Shown piece after piece: positions 62,651-64,000 of a stretch of DNA of 64,000 nt. This DNA comes from Squalus acanthias (taxonomy: Eukaryota), in the NCBI GenBank assembly GCA_030390025.1, contig CM059432.1, positions 94,242,001 through 94,306,000 of the forward strand. The letters are read 5' to 3'. The translations under genes were made by a program, and so were the position numbers. Every line of letters begins with the position of its first letter. Positions within the stretch are counted from its first letter, which is position 1. Below the pieces are notes generated by a model that did not search any database, was not told where the DNA came from, and was given only the letters and a program-made list of their open reading frames with translations.

Positions 62651-63299
62651 TTGATCTGATTCAGAAAACCTCCAAAGTGTAGAAAGTAAACTCTCAGCAA
62701 AAGTACTGTGAACAAACCCTTTCCCACTAGTAGGTAAGAAATTAGCTGTGAGCACTGGGTATCTATTAAAGTATTTGCATCACTTTTAATCAGCCCCGTC
62801 AATTGCCATTATATTCTCGCCTTGGTTTCAATGGCGAGTTTCAGAACGCCTGGGAAAGCTGTGGATGCGCCGTTTATCCTAGGGGGTTGCGCACAACCGA
62901 GTTAAACGCGGAGGCCGGTGCGTTGGAACTGTCTTCCAGACACACTTGCATTTTTGCCAACTGTAATAACCCACCCGCACCTAATCCCACATGGTTCTCC
63001 ATGTTAAAATTCCACCCTAAGTGTCTGGGGATGTCGGGAGGGTTGTTACAAGTCACTCTCCATTTGGGTATTTACACTTTCCAGGTGGTGGCTCAGCAAG
63101 TGACCTCAGGCCCTGACCACTGTCATCACTTACATGTGGCAGGTGAACAAGGAGCAAGCAGTGGCGGTCCCAGTGGGGGAGATCCCGAGGGAAATCATAG
63201 GCCTAACCGCCCAATATGTCCAAGAATTTCCACAGCAATCTTGCCCCAGTTTTCTCATTTGTAGCACCAGAAACCCAATCTGGAGGGTTCTGGTGTTTT

Positions 63300-64000
63300 T
63301 TTTTATTCGTTCATGGGTTGTGGGCGTCGCTGGCAAGGTCAGCATTTATTGCCCATCCCTAATTGCCCTTGAGAAGGTGGTGGTGAGCCGCCTTCTTGAA
63401 CCGCTGCAGTCTGTGTGGTGAAGGTATGGAGTTCCAGGATTTTGACCCAGTGACGATGAAGGATCGCCGATTACTTCCAAGTCAGAATGGTGTGTGACTT
63501 GGAGGGGAACTTGGAGGTGGTAGTGTTCCCATGCGCCTGCTGCCCTTGTCCTTCTAGGTGGAAGAGGTTGCGGGTTTGGGAGGTGCTGCCGAAGAAGCCT
63601 TGGCGAGTTGCTGCAGTGCATCTTGTAGATGGTACACACTGCAGCCACGGTACGCCGGTGGTGGAGGGAGTGAATGTTTAAGGTGGTGGATGGGGTGACA
63701 ATCAAGCGGGCTGCTTTGTCCTGGATGGTGTCGAGCTTCTTGAGTGTTGTTGGAGCTGCACTCATCCAGGCAAGTGGAGAGTATTCCATCACACTCCTTA
63801 CTTGTGCCTTGTAGATGGTGGAAAGGCTTTGGGGAGTCAGGAGGTGAGACACTCGCCGCAGAATACCTAGCCTCTGACCTGCTCTTGTTGCCACAGTATT
63901 TATGTGGCTGGTCCAGTTAAGTTTCTGGTCAATGGTGACCCCCAGGATGTTGATGGTGGGGGATTCGGCGATGGTAATGCCGTTGAATGTCAAGGGTCGG
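63300..64000 (-). mobile_element. CR1/L2-group LINE 3' part (family of 18252-19880), runs off the window
   Basis: ORF 63346-63993 nearly identical to the C-terminus of ORF 18751-19824. Confidence 0.92.

Larger units (their letters stand above)
59284..63017. mobile_element. PIF/Harbinger DNA transposon (two-gene type, decayed)
   Basis: TAA on both flanks (59281-59283, 63018-63020), weakly matching GG...ATTT / AAATT...CCC ends, convergent Myb/SANT-like gene and transposase. Confidence 0.8.

Overview
Vertebrate genomic DNA, very probably a shark or other cartilaginous fish (inferred from the repeat types: CR1 LINEs with esterase ORF1, Penelope-like elements, DeuSINE/SacSINE1-like and LF-SINE-like SINEs, PIF/Harbinger elements). 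The only host coding sequence I can support is the last two exons (SAM domain) of an L3MBTL-family gene on the minus strand (55332-55394 and 41879-42013, best fit L3MBTL4). It has a long repeat-free 3' UTR ending near an AATAAA at 39071-39076. A CpG island with a minus-strand splice donor at ~4.3-4.7 kb probably marks the first exon of the next gene. Much of the rest is nested transposons. Best leads: (1) four divergent CR1 copies all end ORF1 with an in-phase U_UUA_AAC heptamer directly before the stop, with ORF2 in the -1 frame, suggesting programmed -1 frameshifting; (2) minimal hammerhead ribozymes in Penelope-like termini, plus tiny TSD-flanked terminal fragments; (3) a ~410-bp intronic fold-back; (4) two LINEs inserted head-to-head at one site. 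Family names come from recalled motifs; no database searches were run.
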